Source of the DNA: Thermoproteota archaeon
Lineage (GTDB): Archaea > Korarchaeota > Korarchaeia > Korarchaeales > Korarchaeaceae
Length of the DNA stretch: 64,000 bases
Assembly: GCA_027491735.1 (NCBI GenBank)
Contig: JAOZGP010000006.1
Location: 57,066-121,065 of the forward strand
Direction of reading: 5' to 3'
The notes beneath the pieces were generated by a model. That model worked only from the letters and a program-made list of their open reading frames with translations, was not told the DNA's origin and did no database searches. A program made the position numbers and the translations under genes. Below are positions 22,722 to 32,916 of the stretch, piece by piece. The stretch's first letter is position 1; each line of letters opens with the position of its first letter.

Positions 22722-22976
22722 ATGAGAAAACCTCTCAGCGAACTGGAGGTTGGACAGACCGGCGTGGTGGTCGACATATCCGGTGGATCTCCAAAATTCA
22801 GAAGGAGAGTGCTGGACATGGGGATCACTAAGGGAAGGAGGGTGAAGGTGGTCAGAAAGGCACCGCTCAGGGATCCCGTGGAGTTCGAGGTGTTGGGGTA
22901 CAACATATCCCTCAGGAGGGATGAGGCCAGGCACATCCTGGTTGAGGTCGAGGAGTATGAGGGTGGGAAGAGGTGA
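22722..22976 (+). CDS. feoA: Ferrous iron transport protein A
   Basis: RRVLDMGITKG, APLRDP, ISLRRDEA; SD GGTGAGG upstream. Confidence 0.95.
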   Translation: MRKPLSELEVGQTGVVVDISGGSPKFRRRVLDMGITKGRRVKVVRKAPLRDPVEFEVLGYNISLRRDEARHILVEVEEYEGGKR

Positions 22977-23197
22977 TGCCGCTCTCCTTTCTCGGCGAGG
23001 GAGAGTCCGGAACTGTGGTCTGGGTGAGAGCTGGAAGAGGGCTCACCGGAAAGCTCCTCTCGATGGGGATATCACCGGGCGCAAGGGTCAGGGTCCTGAA
23101 GTCAGGTCCGGGACCTCTCCTGATAGAGATCGGACAGACAAGGATGGCGATCAGCAGGGGGGTTGCGATGAAGGTGGTCGTTAGACGGGAGGGATGA
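22973..23197 (+). CDS. feoA: Ferrous iron transport protein A (second copy)
   Basis: LLSMGISPG, GPLLIEI, AISRGVAMKV. Confidence 0.93.
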   Translation: MMPLSFLGEGESGTVVWVRAGRGLTGKLLSMGISPGARVRVLKSGPGPLLIEIGQTRMAISRGVAMKVVVRREG

Positions 23198-25227
23198 GCG
23201 TGGCGGATCCGAAGATGATCAAGGTGGCCCTCGCAGGGAATCCGAATGTCGGCAAGTCCGTCATATTCAATAACCTGACAGGAGCTCACCAGCACGTTGG
23301 GAACTGGCCAGGGAAAACGATAGATAAGAAGGAGGGATTCCACAGGTTCGACGACAGGACCCTCTACATAATGGACCTTCCAGGGACCTACAGCCTGACC
23401 GCAATGTCTGTCGAGGAGGTCATAGCAAGGGACTACATAATATACGAGAGGCCGGACGTGGTGGTGAACGTGGTCGACGCCATGAACCTGGAGAGGAACC
23501 TGTACCTGACGTTGCAGCTCAAGGAGCTTGGAGCGAACGTGGTGATCGCCCTCAACAAGATGGATCTTATCAAGAAGGCGGGGATGAGGATAGACGTCAG
23601 GAAGCTCGAGGAGGAGCTTGGAGTTCCTGTGGTTCCAACAATCGCTCCGAAGAGGAGAGGAATGAGGGAGCTCGTTGCAGAGGTTGTGAGATCGGCTGAG
23701 AAGCATAGGAGCTCAAGGAGCTCCGAGGAGCCTCTCTCCTACGGAGAGGCTGAGAAGTTCATAAAGGAACTCCAAGAAATTGCCTCATCGATTGAGGGGG
23801 TGAGGAAGCTCTTCAATACGAGGTGGGTTGTGATCAAGATCCTCGAGGGAGATTCGGACGTGATGAGGAAGCTCTCTGAGGTGGAAGGAGGCGAGGAGCT
23901 GGTGAGGGCAGGAGAGGAGATTAGGAAGAGGATGAGCGGGGAGCTCGGAGATCCGGAGGTCGTCATCGCCGACGCTAGGTATGCGAGAATAAGGAAGGTG
24001 ATCTCCAAGGCTGTTGGTGTTCTCAAAAGGCTTCCTGCATCAGATCTACTGGACAAAGTTCTCCTCGACAGGATATTTGGCATACCGATCTTCCTGGTGA
24101 TCCTGTGGTGGTGGTTCCAGATGGCCTTCATAGGATCCACTCCCTTCTGCGACCTCCTTGGGGATGGCTTTGCTATGCTGGGTGAGGCTCTCTCAGGCCT
24201 GACGGGGAACACAGTGATGGACTACTTTCTCTTCGGAGAGTACGGGCTGATTCAGGGGTTGGGAGCAGTCCTGAGCTTCGTTCCTCTGATAATGTTCCTC
24301 TACTTCATACTATCTCTCCTCGAGGACTCGGGCTACATGGCTAGAGTGGCCTTCGTGATGGACAGGATCATGAGGAAGGTTGGGCTCTCTGGCAGGGCGA
24401 TAGTGCCCATGATAATGGGGTTCGGGTGCAACGTCCCTGCTGTCTACGCTACGAGGGTCATACCGGATGAGAAGGACAGGTTGATAGCGATATTGACGAA
24501 TCCGCTCATGCTCTGTGGAGCAAGGCTTGTCTTCTTCTCAGCAATAGCAGCTGCCTTCTTCGGGATCTATGCTGGGGACGTCCTCCTCTCCCTGTACCTC
24601 CTCGGGATCTTCCTGGCGTTCATGGTCGCACTGGCTTTGAGGAGAACAGTCTTCAGGGAGGCGGTCTCCCCGTTCATCCTGGAGTTTCCAGCATACCAGA
24701 AGCCGTCGTTCAGGGTGGCATTCGTCAGGATGTGGGACAGGGGATCCATGTACCTCAGGAAGGCTCTTGGGGTTATCCTGATAGGCCTCCTGATAATAGG
24801 AGCTCTCACTGTGACGGATGCAAGCACATTCACATTCACCACGGATCCCGAGAATAGCTTGATTGCGTCACTTGGCAGGAGTCTTCAGCCGATTTTCTCA
24901 CCTCTTCACTGGAGTTGGAGGCTGGTGGTAGCCATGGTCTTCGGGTTCGTTGCTAAGGAGATAGTTCTAGGAGCATCTGCCATGCTCTATGGGGTTGGTG
25001 AGGAGGAGATAGCCTCCAGGATGGCCGAGATGTACAGCCCGGTGGACATGTATGGGTACATGACCTTCATCCTCATCTACATGCCCTGCATAGTGACAGT
25101 CGCCGCCATAAGGCAGGAGACGGGGTCGTGGAAGTGGACCTCGTTCTCAGTGGTCTACGGCCTCATCCTTGCGTACCTTGTGAACTTGGTCGTCGTGACT
25201 CTCGGTCACCTGATCCTCGGGTGGTGA
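23194..25227 (+). CDS. feoB: Ferrous iron transporter FeoB
   Basis: GNPNVGKS, NWPGKT, DLPG, NKMD, LEDSGYMAR, GFGCNVPA, YMPC. Confidence 0.98.
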   Translation: MSVADPKMIKVALAGNPNVGKSVIFNNLTGAHQHVGNWPGKTIDKKEGFHRFDDRTLYIMDLPGTYSLTAMSVEEVIARDYIIYERPDVVVNVVDAMNLERNLYLTLQLKELGANVVIALNKMDLIKKAGMRIDVRKLEEELGVPVVPTIAPKRRGMRELVAEVVRSAEKHRSSRSSEEPLSYGEAEKFIKELQEIASSIEGVRKLFNTRWVVIKILEGDSDVMRKLSEVEGGEELVRAGEEIRKRMSGELGDPEVVIADARYARIRKVISKAVGVLKRLPASDLLDKVLLDRIFGIPIFLVILWWWFQMAFIGSTPFCDLLGDGFAMLGEALSGLTGNTVMDYFLFGEYGLIQGLGAVLSFVPLIMFLYFILSLLEDSGYMARVAFVMDRIMRKVGLSGRAIVPMIMGFGCNVPAVYATRVIPDEKDRLIAILTNPLMLCGARLVFFSAIAAAFFGIYAGDVLLSLYLLGIFLAFMVALALRRTVFREAVSPFILEFPAYQKPSFRVAFVRMWDRGSMYLRKALGVILIGLLIIGALTVTDASTFTFTTDPENSLIASLGRSLQPIFSPLHWSWRLVVAMVFGFVAKEIVLGASAMLYGVGEEEIASRMAEMYSPVDMYGYMTFILIYMPCIVTVAAIRQETGSWKWTSFSVVYGLILAYLVNLVVVTLGHLILGW

Positions 25228-25233
25228 GAATAC

Positions 25234-25758
25234 ATGGAGCGGGGACATAGTGAGTGGATTGGACGTGAGCCCCACAGGTGGGCCTATACCCTGGCAGCGT
25301 TGCTGTCTGTGCTGTACGTGATCTACGGGGCTCTTCAGCTCTACAACGGCATTGCCGACTGGTGGTTTCCCTGGATGGGAGGAGGAGCACAACTTGGTTT
25401 CGGGCTCGGCGAGTCCTATGTGCCGAACGTATTCCCCGATCCCTTCTCAGGACTTGCACTGGTGGTGATAGGAGCGATCTTCGCCAGAGCATTCCTCCTC
25501 TTTGTGAGAAGGGAGGAGTCCTCGAGGGGGTTCCTCTTCGTCGGGTGGATCCTGGCCCTGATGATGTTGATCCTGAACCTGACGGTGCTCCTGGCCGACA
25601 TCCTCGACACATACTATCCACTCATCTGGGGAGGAGAGGTGGAGATGTGGACCCTTGGAACGGATCCCTGGGGGATATCCCCCCATCTGGTGCTCGGAGC
25701 CATAGCAGCGCTCATTTATCCAGAGATCAGGGACGTCCTGAGGCAGCTCGTCACCTGA
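25234..25758 (+). CDS. Uncharacterised membrane protein with about 4 TM segments, in the feo operon
   Basis: Starts 6 bp after the feoB stop; hydrophobic segments; T-run follows. Confidence 0.75.
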   Translation: MERGHSEWIGREPHRWAYTLAALLSVLYVIYGALQLYNGIADWWFPWMGGGAQLGFGLGESYVPNVFPDPFSGLALVVIGAIFARAFLLFVRREESSRGFLFVGWILALMMLILNLTVLLADILDTYYPLIWGGEVEMWTLGTDPWGISPHLVLGAIAALIYPEIRDVLRQLVT

Positions 25759-26315
25759 ACAATCTTTTTTGGGCTTACACAGGCCTTTTTCATGGATGAG
25801 GTGGATGAAGATGCACGACCACACTCTTATGGTTTAGAGAGGATCGACATAAGCGCAGAGCAAAAGCCGTTCTGGAACAGGGAAGAAGCGCTCTATGTTC
25901 ACATCCTCGCGATCAACTCAATGCCCGCGGAGATCCTCAGCGGTTTCAGCGCTATCTCACAGGTCTTCGCTGGAGGGCTGACCGGTGGGCGAATTCACCT
26001 TATCAATTCAAGCAACCGTAGCAGAACTGAGGTGAGGGAAAAGAGCCCATTCTAACACAGAAGGCGCTATTCTGGTGAACATACCTGCCTATCTAACGGT
26101 CTTGAGTTCACTCACTAAAATGCTTTGTGGACGAGAGCGGAGGATCGAGCAAGTCCCAACAAACGTTTCTGCGAGGAGAAGTAGAACTGTGAGGTTCGCC
26201 CAAGGGAGCTGACCTCATCCTTGAGGTGGTGGATCATCGCTGGGGCGTTAGCGTCCGAGTTCCATCTGGACAAGCTCTCAGCAAGCCCTCCCGTGGAGAC
26301 GTCCAGCATAGGACT

Positions 26316-27136
26316 TCAGAGGTCGCAGGGAGAGCTTTGCTCTCTGATGTGAGTCGCCAGCATTGCACTATAGGGATTTCCTCCCCTGACATATCCCCAG
26401 CTTCTTCCTCCCACATATTCTCCAAGCTTCAGGGCTCTGACGATATCATCAATGTCCGTTAACCTGGTGCTCTGGACGAAATGTACTCCCTCCTCGAGCA
26501 GGGGCTGGGGATGACACCCAGCAGTGGGGCCGACGAGCACAACAATCCCGATGGAGTGAGATAGTATCAGGTCTATTGTGTCATTGAGCAGGGCTGCTCC
26601 AGTCGCTATAACCGTTTTAGCCCTCCTGAGAAGCCTGAGCTCCACAGAATCACTCAAAGCAGTGCCACAACGCATTATAGGGTTTTTCTCCGTGAAGCAG
26701 TACTCAGAATTCCCCTTTCCTCCAGCAGTCTTCTGACCGGGGACATGTTTCCGATGACAAGCACGGGCTCCTTCAGGAACTCCAGGTACTCGAAGGGATC
26801 AACGAACTGAACGTTTCCTCTGAGCTCAAACCTCCAGAGCAGATAGGCCGATATGGCGTTAAGGAGAGCCACACCCAGGGCCCTCTCCAAGGGATTCATC
26901 GAGCTGATCAGATGTTCGATCTCCTCAACCGCAGGGGGTCTGGTCTTCTGACGAGGAGATCCAGACACGTCCTCCAGAAGGGTCGCTGCAACTCCCATCT
27001 CCCTTCCCCTAGGTCCTTCAACAACAACGTACGCATTCCTAAGGCAGATCCCATAGTCCAGAATGGCCGGATAGTTTATCCTGAGCTCCTCGTATCTGTT
27101 CAGGACCCACCTCAGTGCTCTATCCAGGAGGAACAT
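26316..27136 (-). pseudogene. DUF364/Rossmann-like protein split by a frameshift
   Basis: ERALGVALLNAIS and VIGNM in ORF 26675-27136; IATGAALLNDTID and VGPTA in ORF 26316-26675. The frames join near 26705 (EYCFTEKNPIMR). Confidence 0.75.
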
Positions 27137-27261
27137 GGGATCACCTCACCGGAAGCGCCGGAAACAACATGGCCGCTTCAACTCCCACCATTGTGACCCG
27201 ACCTGGAGCGATCTCGAACTCTGAGGTCAGCAGCCCTGTTGGTACACGAGGGTCTGCCGGA

Positions 27262-27825
27262 TCACCTCTCTCGAGCTCGGGGCAGTGCTCCCTCACCACA
27301 ACAACCTCTCATCCTAGCGAACCACAGCAGAGCAGCGATGGTCTTGACGTCCACGATCTCCCCGATCATCCTGAAGGCCTCATCGACGCGGATCCTGTGG
27401 ACCTCTATCCTCTCAGATGGCTCCGGGTGCATCTCCCCCCTCGAGAGGTCCGTGGCGAGGAAGAAGTGCATCCTCTCAGTTCCATATCCTGGAATTAGGT
27501 ACGCCTCAAACATCTTCTCAAGCCTGCCGGCTCTGAGCCCGGTTTCTTCCTCAAGTTCTCTCCTAGCACATTCCTCGGGGCTTTCTCCCTCCTCTAAAGT
27601 TCCTGCTGGTATCTCCCACATGCATCCATCGATCGCACACCTGTACTGCCTCAGCAGGTAGATGTGGTCGTCCTCGTAGGGGAGTATTGAGACCGATCCA
27701 GGATGCCTCACAACCTCCCTCACCACCCCCTCCACCTCCCTGACCTCCAGGGTAATAACCCTCCCTCTGTAGAGGAGCTTGAGCTCCCCCCTATCCTTCT
27801 CACGGGCTAGTGGATCTCCAGTCAT
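27262..27825 (-). CDS. Nudix hydrolase (ADP-ribose pyrophosphatase-like)
   Basis: Nudix box AGTLEEGESPEECARRELEEETG; HPGSV, QYRC. Confidence 0.93.
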   Translation of the reverse strand: MTGDPLAREKDRGELKLLYRGRVITLEVREVEGVVREVVRHPGSVSILPYEDDHIYLLRQYRCAIDGCMWEIPAGTLEEGESPEECARRELEEETGLRAGRLEKMFEAYLIPGYGTERMHFFLATDLSRGEMHPEPSERIEVHRIRVDEAFRMIGEIVDVKTIAALLWFARMRGCCGEGALPRARER

Positions 27826-27938
27826 CCTTCAAATCGGGTGACAAAAACATAAATGCTTTTTGAAAGCCCTCCACAGAGCCGCACCTTCTCCTTGCCTCTC
27901 ATCCTCCACGCCTTCTGCTGATTGACATTTAAATATCG

Positions 27939-28263
27939 AACCTGTGGAGCTATGGAAAAATCCATCAGTGGATTAAGGATCTCGCGAAGAATACAGTATG
28001 AAATATATCCCAGTTGAAGAGGAATATACGTCAAAGACATGTCCTCTTTGCGGAGAAGTCCACGAAAATGGTAGAAAACACAGAGGCTTATTCGTTTGTC
28101 CTGTTAAGAACTATGAATGCAGATTTAGTGAGCGCTTTTAATATACCCCATAACGGTGAGTCCCCGCAGGAGGGTAGCCGTAACGGGGATAAGACCGCTC
28201 CCTTAAGTCTACTCCCCGTCCTTGCAGGAACCCTCGCCCTTTAGGGCCGGGGGGGGGGGGCAG
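27939..28263 (+). mobile_element. IS200/IS605 tnpB 3' remnant with right end
   Basis: Frameshifted NLWSYGKI...EEYTSKTCPLCG...RGLFVCP...MNADLVSAFNI, then structured DNA ending GAACCCTCGCCCTTTAGGGC(G)n. Confidence 0.85.
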
Positions 28264-28316
28264 AGTGGAACACTTTTTAAGTTCTCCTCTGTGGAGGACT
28301 GTTAGCAGGACCTGAC

Positions 28317-29270
28317 ATGAATAACATCCTAGGTTGCCTTGAGAAGGTTCTAACATTGCTCGTGGAGAAGAATCTCAAGGAGATATCACCGACAATCAAC
28401 TATCTGCATGGACCGGATTTTCACGAGGCCTTAGGACTAAGTCGTGATGAATGTCCCGATCTGAGTGAGGTTCTCGAGACCCTTGTGGAGGAGGGAGTGC
28501 TCAGGAAGCACAAGGTGGGGAGCATTCCATCCTGCCCGAGTTGCGGTTCCTTCAAGCTCATGGTTAGGCTCACGTGTCCTGTATGTGGTTCCATCAACAT
28601 AAGAAAAGTTGATTCAATAACGCATCTGGCTTGTGGCTTCACCGCTCCCTCTGATAAGTTCGAATACGGGGATCTGCTGAGATGTCCTAGCTGCGGGAAG
28701 ACCCTTAAGGCTTTGGGCGTTGATTACGGCAGGTTCACTGATGCCATATTATGCGATGATTGTGGCAAGCTCTCCTTCTCCCCCAGGGTGATCTTTGAGT
28801 GTTCCGACTGCGGAACGGTATCAACTGAGAAGGAGCTATCTCTCAAACCTGTGTACAGATATGAAGTTGTAAGTGAGAGACTGCTTGCCAGAAGGCCTAT
28901 AGCGGCAGATGTGGTGAGGCTGCTGAGGGAAAGGGGGTTTGATGTAAAAGCCCCGAAGGAGGTCATCGGTCTCTCAGGCGTGGTTCATAGGTTCTCCCTA
29001 GCCGCTCGCAGAGGTGGAAAAGAACACATCATTGATATAGTTCGCTCTAATGAAGCTGTTGATGAATATAGAATCTTGGCGCTTTTCGGCAAGATGATGG
29101 ACTCCTCGCTGAAGAAGGCCATCCTGATAGCAATACCTAAGGCCAGCGAGAACGCTAAAACTCTCGCCGGAAGCCTCGGTATAAGAGTTATAGAGGCATC
29201 ATGCCTGGATGAGGTGATTGACAAAATAACGGACATTATGGAGGAGCTCGAAGAGAAAGAAGATCTTTAG
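28317..29270 (+). CDS. TackOD1-like multi-Zn-ribbon protein with C-terminal restriction-endonuclease-like fold
   Basis: CPSCG, CPVCG, HLACG, CPSCGKTL...GVDY, CDDCG, CSDCG; then GLSGVVHRFSLAA and an alpha/beta domain. Confidence 0.72.
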   Translation: MNNILGCLEKVLTLLVEKNLKEISPTINYLHGPDFHEALGLSRDECPDLSEVLETLVEEGVLRKHKVGSIPSCPSCGSFKLMVRLTCPVCGSINIRKVDSITHLACGFTAPSDKFEYGDLLRCPSCGKTLKALGVDYGRFTDAILCDDCGKLSFSPRVIFECSDCGTVSTEKELSLKPVYRYEVVSERLLARRPIAADVVRLLRERGFDVKAPKEVIGLSGVVHRFSLAARRGGKEHIIDIVRSNEAVDEYRILALFGKMMDSSLKKAILIAIPKASENAKTLAGSLGIRVIEASCLDEVIDKITDIMEELEEKEDL

Positions 29271-29417
29271 AGGTACTAAAGCAAGACCTTCCCGTTCCAT
29301 CGGAGGACATCTCAGTGAAATCACCCTTCTTAATGTGTTATTGGACACTACGGTGTTAGTTTGAATCCAAAATTAATAAGTGTGAGTGTATTCAACCGAT
29401 TCATGGCATAGAATCGA

Positions 29418-30396
29418 ATGGAGATGTCCTCAGACAGGTGGTCAAGACCAGAAGCCCTCAGGCTGCTCAATCTTATGTTGACTGGAACTCTAAGCGAGAT
29501 AAAGCCTAAGTACAACCCAGTCACTGGGTATGAGTACTGCAGTGAGCTCTCAAGAGAGGGAATACTGTCGTGTAGAGAGGCTCTTGCTTTGATAGAGAAG
29601 CTCGTTGAGATGGGAGTCCTGAGAAAGGAGCTTCATGATACAGTTGCTTCATGCCGCAACTGCGGCTCAGAGGTCTTCATTGTCAGAGCAACATGTCCTT
29701 ACTGCGGTTCGCTGAACTTCTCTAAGGGTGTAGTCATAGAGCACCTGGTATGTGGATACATTGGTCTTGAAGAGGATTTTCATAGGGAGGGATCTGGAAA
29801 GAAAATATGTCCTAAATGCAGGAAAGAACTCAAACAGCAGGGCATTGACTTCCTCAAGGCTGCGAAAATTTACAAGTGTAACTCATGCGGTGACTTCTTC
29901 TCTGCTCCATCCCTCATATATAGATGCCTTGGAGTGTGGGTATGAGAACAGGATGGTGGACTTGAAGCCGAAGGAGATCTACAAATACGTCGTAATTCCA
30001 GAGAATCTAAAAAGGAAGATCCCCTTGGTGGGGCTCATCAGCGCTCTCAAGGAGATGCTCGACCCCATGGGCTATGAGATCATCTGGCCGAATGCCTCCG
30101 TGAGAATCCGATCTGGTGCGAGCCTGAGGTTTGATGCCATCATCCGTGAGAAAGGGAAAGACCACCTCATTGCTGTGCTCGAGTTCCTCATGGATGAACC
30201 TCTGGATGACGAAAGAATTATGGCCTTCATTGCAGGAGCGGTAAAAGCTGGCTCAAAACACGCGATCATGATATACCAGGGAAATCCGGATTCCTCCGTG
30301 AAGATCATCGCCTCCAGGTTTGGTATCAGGTTAATCGGTTTGACTAGTCCGGAGAAAACCGCAGAAGAAATCCTCAGGATCTTGTCATCTGGATGA
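29418..30396 (+). pseudogene. Second TackOD1-like paralogue with a +1 frameshift near 29931
   Basis: Same Cys/His pattern (CRNCG, CPYCG, HLVCG, CPKC...GIDF, CNSCG). Removing one base in CTTGGAGTGT gives CLECGYEN and joins ORF 29752-30396 (RSGASLRFDA). Confidence 0.72.
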
Positions 30397-30405
30397 GGTG
30401 GAATT

Positions 30406-31896
30406 TTGAGACGAATCTACCTCACCTTATCACTGATATACCTGAACATGGTCGTCATAACTATCGTGATAGGAGGTCTGCTCACGTTCGTGTCCTTCCT
30501 TCTAACCGTAGCGATGGTCTCCTTCTTCCTGGTTCAAGCAGGCATATCCCTTAAATCTAGGAGGGCCAAGCTCATTGGAGAAAAACTTCTCCCTTATACT
30601 ATCTTCATTTTTCCGTTCATTGTAGCCCTGTTGACCTCCTACGAGATCCAAAACATCTATGAGAGGATCCTTCTCAGCATACTGGCATTCGGCCTCACGA
30701 TAATAAGCTGGCACTACCTCTTCCTCGTTCCGTTGGCAATTTACTATAAAAATTTGGAGGAAAGGGAGAGGGAGGAGCCTCTCCTCTACAGACCTATGGT
30801 CAGCGTGATAATTCCAGCAAGAAATGAGGAGAAGGTCATAGAACATGCTATAAAATCAGTTTTGGAGTCAGATTATGAGCCCAAGGAGGTTATAATAGTT
30901 GATGACGCATCAACTGATAGAACTTTTGAGGTAGCCCTGAAGTACCAAGGATCCAAGGTGAAGGTGCTCAGAAGAGAGGTAGGGGGTCTTGGAAAAGCGA
31001 GGGCACTTAACTTTGGTCTCAGATTCTCCAAGGGAGATGTGATAATTTTTATGGATGCTGATACTCTCATAGGAAGGGATGCCATAAGGGAGCTCGTGAG
31101 AAAGCTCCAGAATCCAAGCATCTTAGCGGTATCTGGAAATGTTGTAGTAAGGAACAGAACAAATCTCCTCACAAAACTTCAAGCGATAGAGTACATAGTA
31201 AGCTTTCACCTCTTCAGAAAGGGTCTCAGTATTTTCGGCGCAGTTCCAATAATATCGGGAGCTCTTGGGGCTTTTAGAAGGGACGTAGTGGAGGTCACCG
31301 GTCTCTATGATGTTGACATAGTAACTGAGGATTTCGACATAACAGTAAAGACCTTGAAACTGGGGAGAGTGGTGCAGGCAAGCTCGTATGCAGTTGCTTA
31401 CACAGAAGTTCCGGAAAGGCTGGGGGATCTATACAGGCAGAGATTGAGGTGGTACAGGGGGGCTTTCGAGGTTCTGTTCAAGCATAGGGATGTGATGTTC
31501 TATCACGGATCCTTCGGTCATCTGAGGGCTTTGGACTTTCCGCTTATGATAATGAACAACTTGTTAATTCCAGTGATAGATGTAGCATCCATAATTTCTA
31601 TAATCCTGGCAATTCTCAGGGGACTGCTGATCCCTCTGGCTGTTCAGGTCCTTCTCTTCTCTACACTTCAATTTTTGATAACACTGGCAGCCATTCAAAT
31701 AGCTGGGGAGGAGAATGTTTCGCTGGCAGCGATACCGCTTTTTGCTGTGGGATACAAACAGCTCCATGAGTTGATAATGCTAAAAAGCTTTATCGATGTC
31801 CTTTACGCCAAACTAAGAGGGAGGAGCTTTGAGTGGACTTTTATAGAGAGGAAGGGACTGAAGCAGCTCTACCTCCACCGGAGTAACTCTCAGTGA
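30406..31896 (+). CDS. Membrane GT2 processive glycosyltransferase (PgaC/IcaA/cellulose-synthase-like)
   Basis: DDASTD, GKARALN, DAD, TED, QRLRW (D,D,D,QxxRW); N- and C-terminal TM helices. Confidence 0.92.
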   Translation: MRRIYLTLSLIYLNMVVITIVIGGLLTFVSFLLTVAMVSFFLVQAGISLKSRRAKLIGEKLLPYTIFIFPFIVALLTSYEIQNIYERILLSILAFGLTIISWHYLFLVPLAIYYKNLEEREREEPLLYRPMVSVIIPARNEEKVIEHAIKSVLESDYEPKEVIIVDDASTDRTFEVALKYQGSKVKVLRREVGGLGKARALNFGLRFSKGDVIIFMDADTLIGRDAIRELVRKLQNPSILAVSGNVVVRNRTNLLTKLQAIEYIVSFHLFRKGLSIFGAVPIISGALGAFRRDVVEVTGLYDVDIVTEDFDITVKTLKLGRVVQASSYAVAYTEVPERLGDLYRQRLRWYRGAFEVLFKHRDVMFYHGSFGHLRALDFPLMIMNNLLIPVIDVASIISIILAILRGLLIPLAVQVLLFSTLQFLITLAAIQIAGEENVSLAAIPLFAVGYKQLHELIMLKSFIDVLYAKLRGRSFEWTFIERKGLKQLYLHRSNSQ

Positions 31897-32189
31897 AGCC
31901 CTCCTTCTTCCTATCCTGATGTATCTTATCTTTCCTTAATTTTCCTTAATTTCAATCTCTCCAGATAGCTGACAGCAAAACACTCAAGCAGGCCTCGATG
32001 CCTCTTTCACCAAACACAGTCGCTCCATACCCGTCGATCTCTATCTTAATCCATCAAATGTTTAGCAGTTACGCAAGCCAGATGTTCTGGGGCTCCTGAG
32101 GCTCCACGTGGGCCTGAGCTATCTCGTTTCAGCAGTTGGCAACATCGGTTCTAGGACGGTTGGAAGGTACATCAAGGAGCAGCTGTATC

Positions 32190-32510
32190 GGAGTTGACAG
32201 GTTCAAACTCAAGCCTATGAAGGATCAGAAGAAGGACCCGTTCAGCTCACGCGGAATGTCTACAGTTCTCTGGAATGAAATGAATTACAAGCGCGGCCAG
32301 TCTTTCTTTACAGAAGAGATCGACTGAGATACCAAAAAGGAGTACGAGGAGTTCAAGAGAATCTCAGTTCTGCAACAACACAGCAAATGATTAGGGAGAA
32401 CAACGAAGCTTGGCGGAGCTTCCTGGAACTTTAAGGCTTAAACAGAACGGCAGACTATCCAAGCATGTACACAAGGTCTCATCTTCTCGCTGCTGGAAGG
32501 ACAGGCCAAC
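32190..32510 (+). mobile_element. tnpB 5' remnant (IS200/IS605)
   Basis: Degenerate FKLKP..Q...LWNEMNYKR.QSFF...SATTQQMIRENNEAWRSF...WKDR, which resembles the N-terminus of archaeal TnpB; contains stops and frameshifts. Confidence 0.75.
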
Positions 32511-32916
32511 TAGCAAAGGAAAGCCAGACCCGCCCTCCTGGCCAATGAGCTCAAACTGATTCCCTGTTCGACATCTTCCCTCACAATCAATTTTCCCCTT
32601 CTCCTTTCTACCTATTCCAGATAAGCAACAACTCGTCGATGGAGGATGCCCCGATGGTCGGTTCCATCTCTTTTGCACACCAGTCTTACAAGCGAAAGCG
32701 ATCTGCAGAAAGGGGTTTGAGGCATCTCTTCATCCGGCGTAGACTCCGACCTGAACGATCTCTTCAACTAGGGTATTTCATGAGCAGCCTCCACTGAACT
32801 CCGGAGCTTTGTAGACTCCGGCTCGATTTCGATCGGAACGTCGATCCGCGGTACCTCACCTTGCATCCACGATTCGGGAGTGGGAAAAGTTTTACGAGGA
32901 AAGATTTATCTTCTAC

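Noticed and set aside
25800-26075. RNase P-like ACAGAAGGCG motif
   Set aside because: No matching GAGGAAxxTCC region, and not GC-rich or structured enough for a thermophile RNA.
32700-32870. Minus-strand YRGSTFRSKS...TPD, reminiscent of a PD-(D/E)xK endonuclease
   Set aside because: Too fragmented to support a call.
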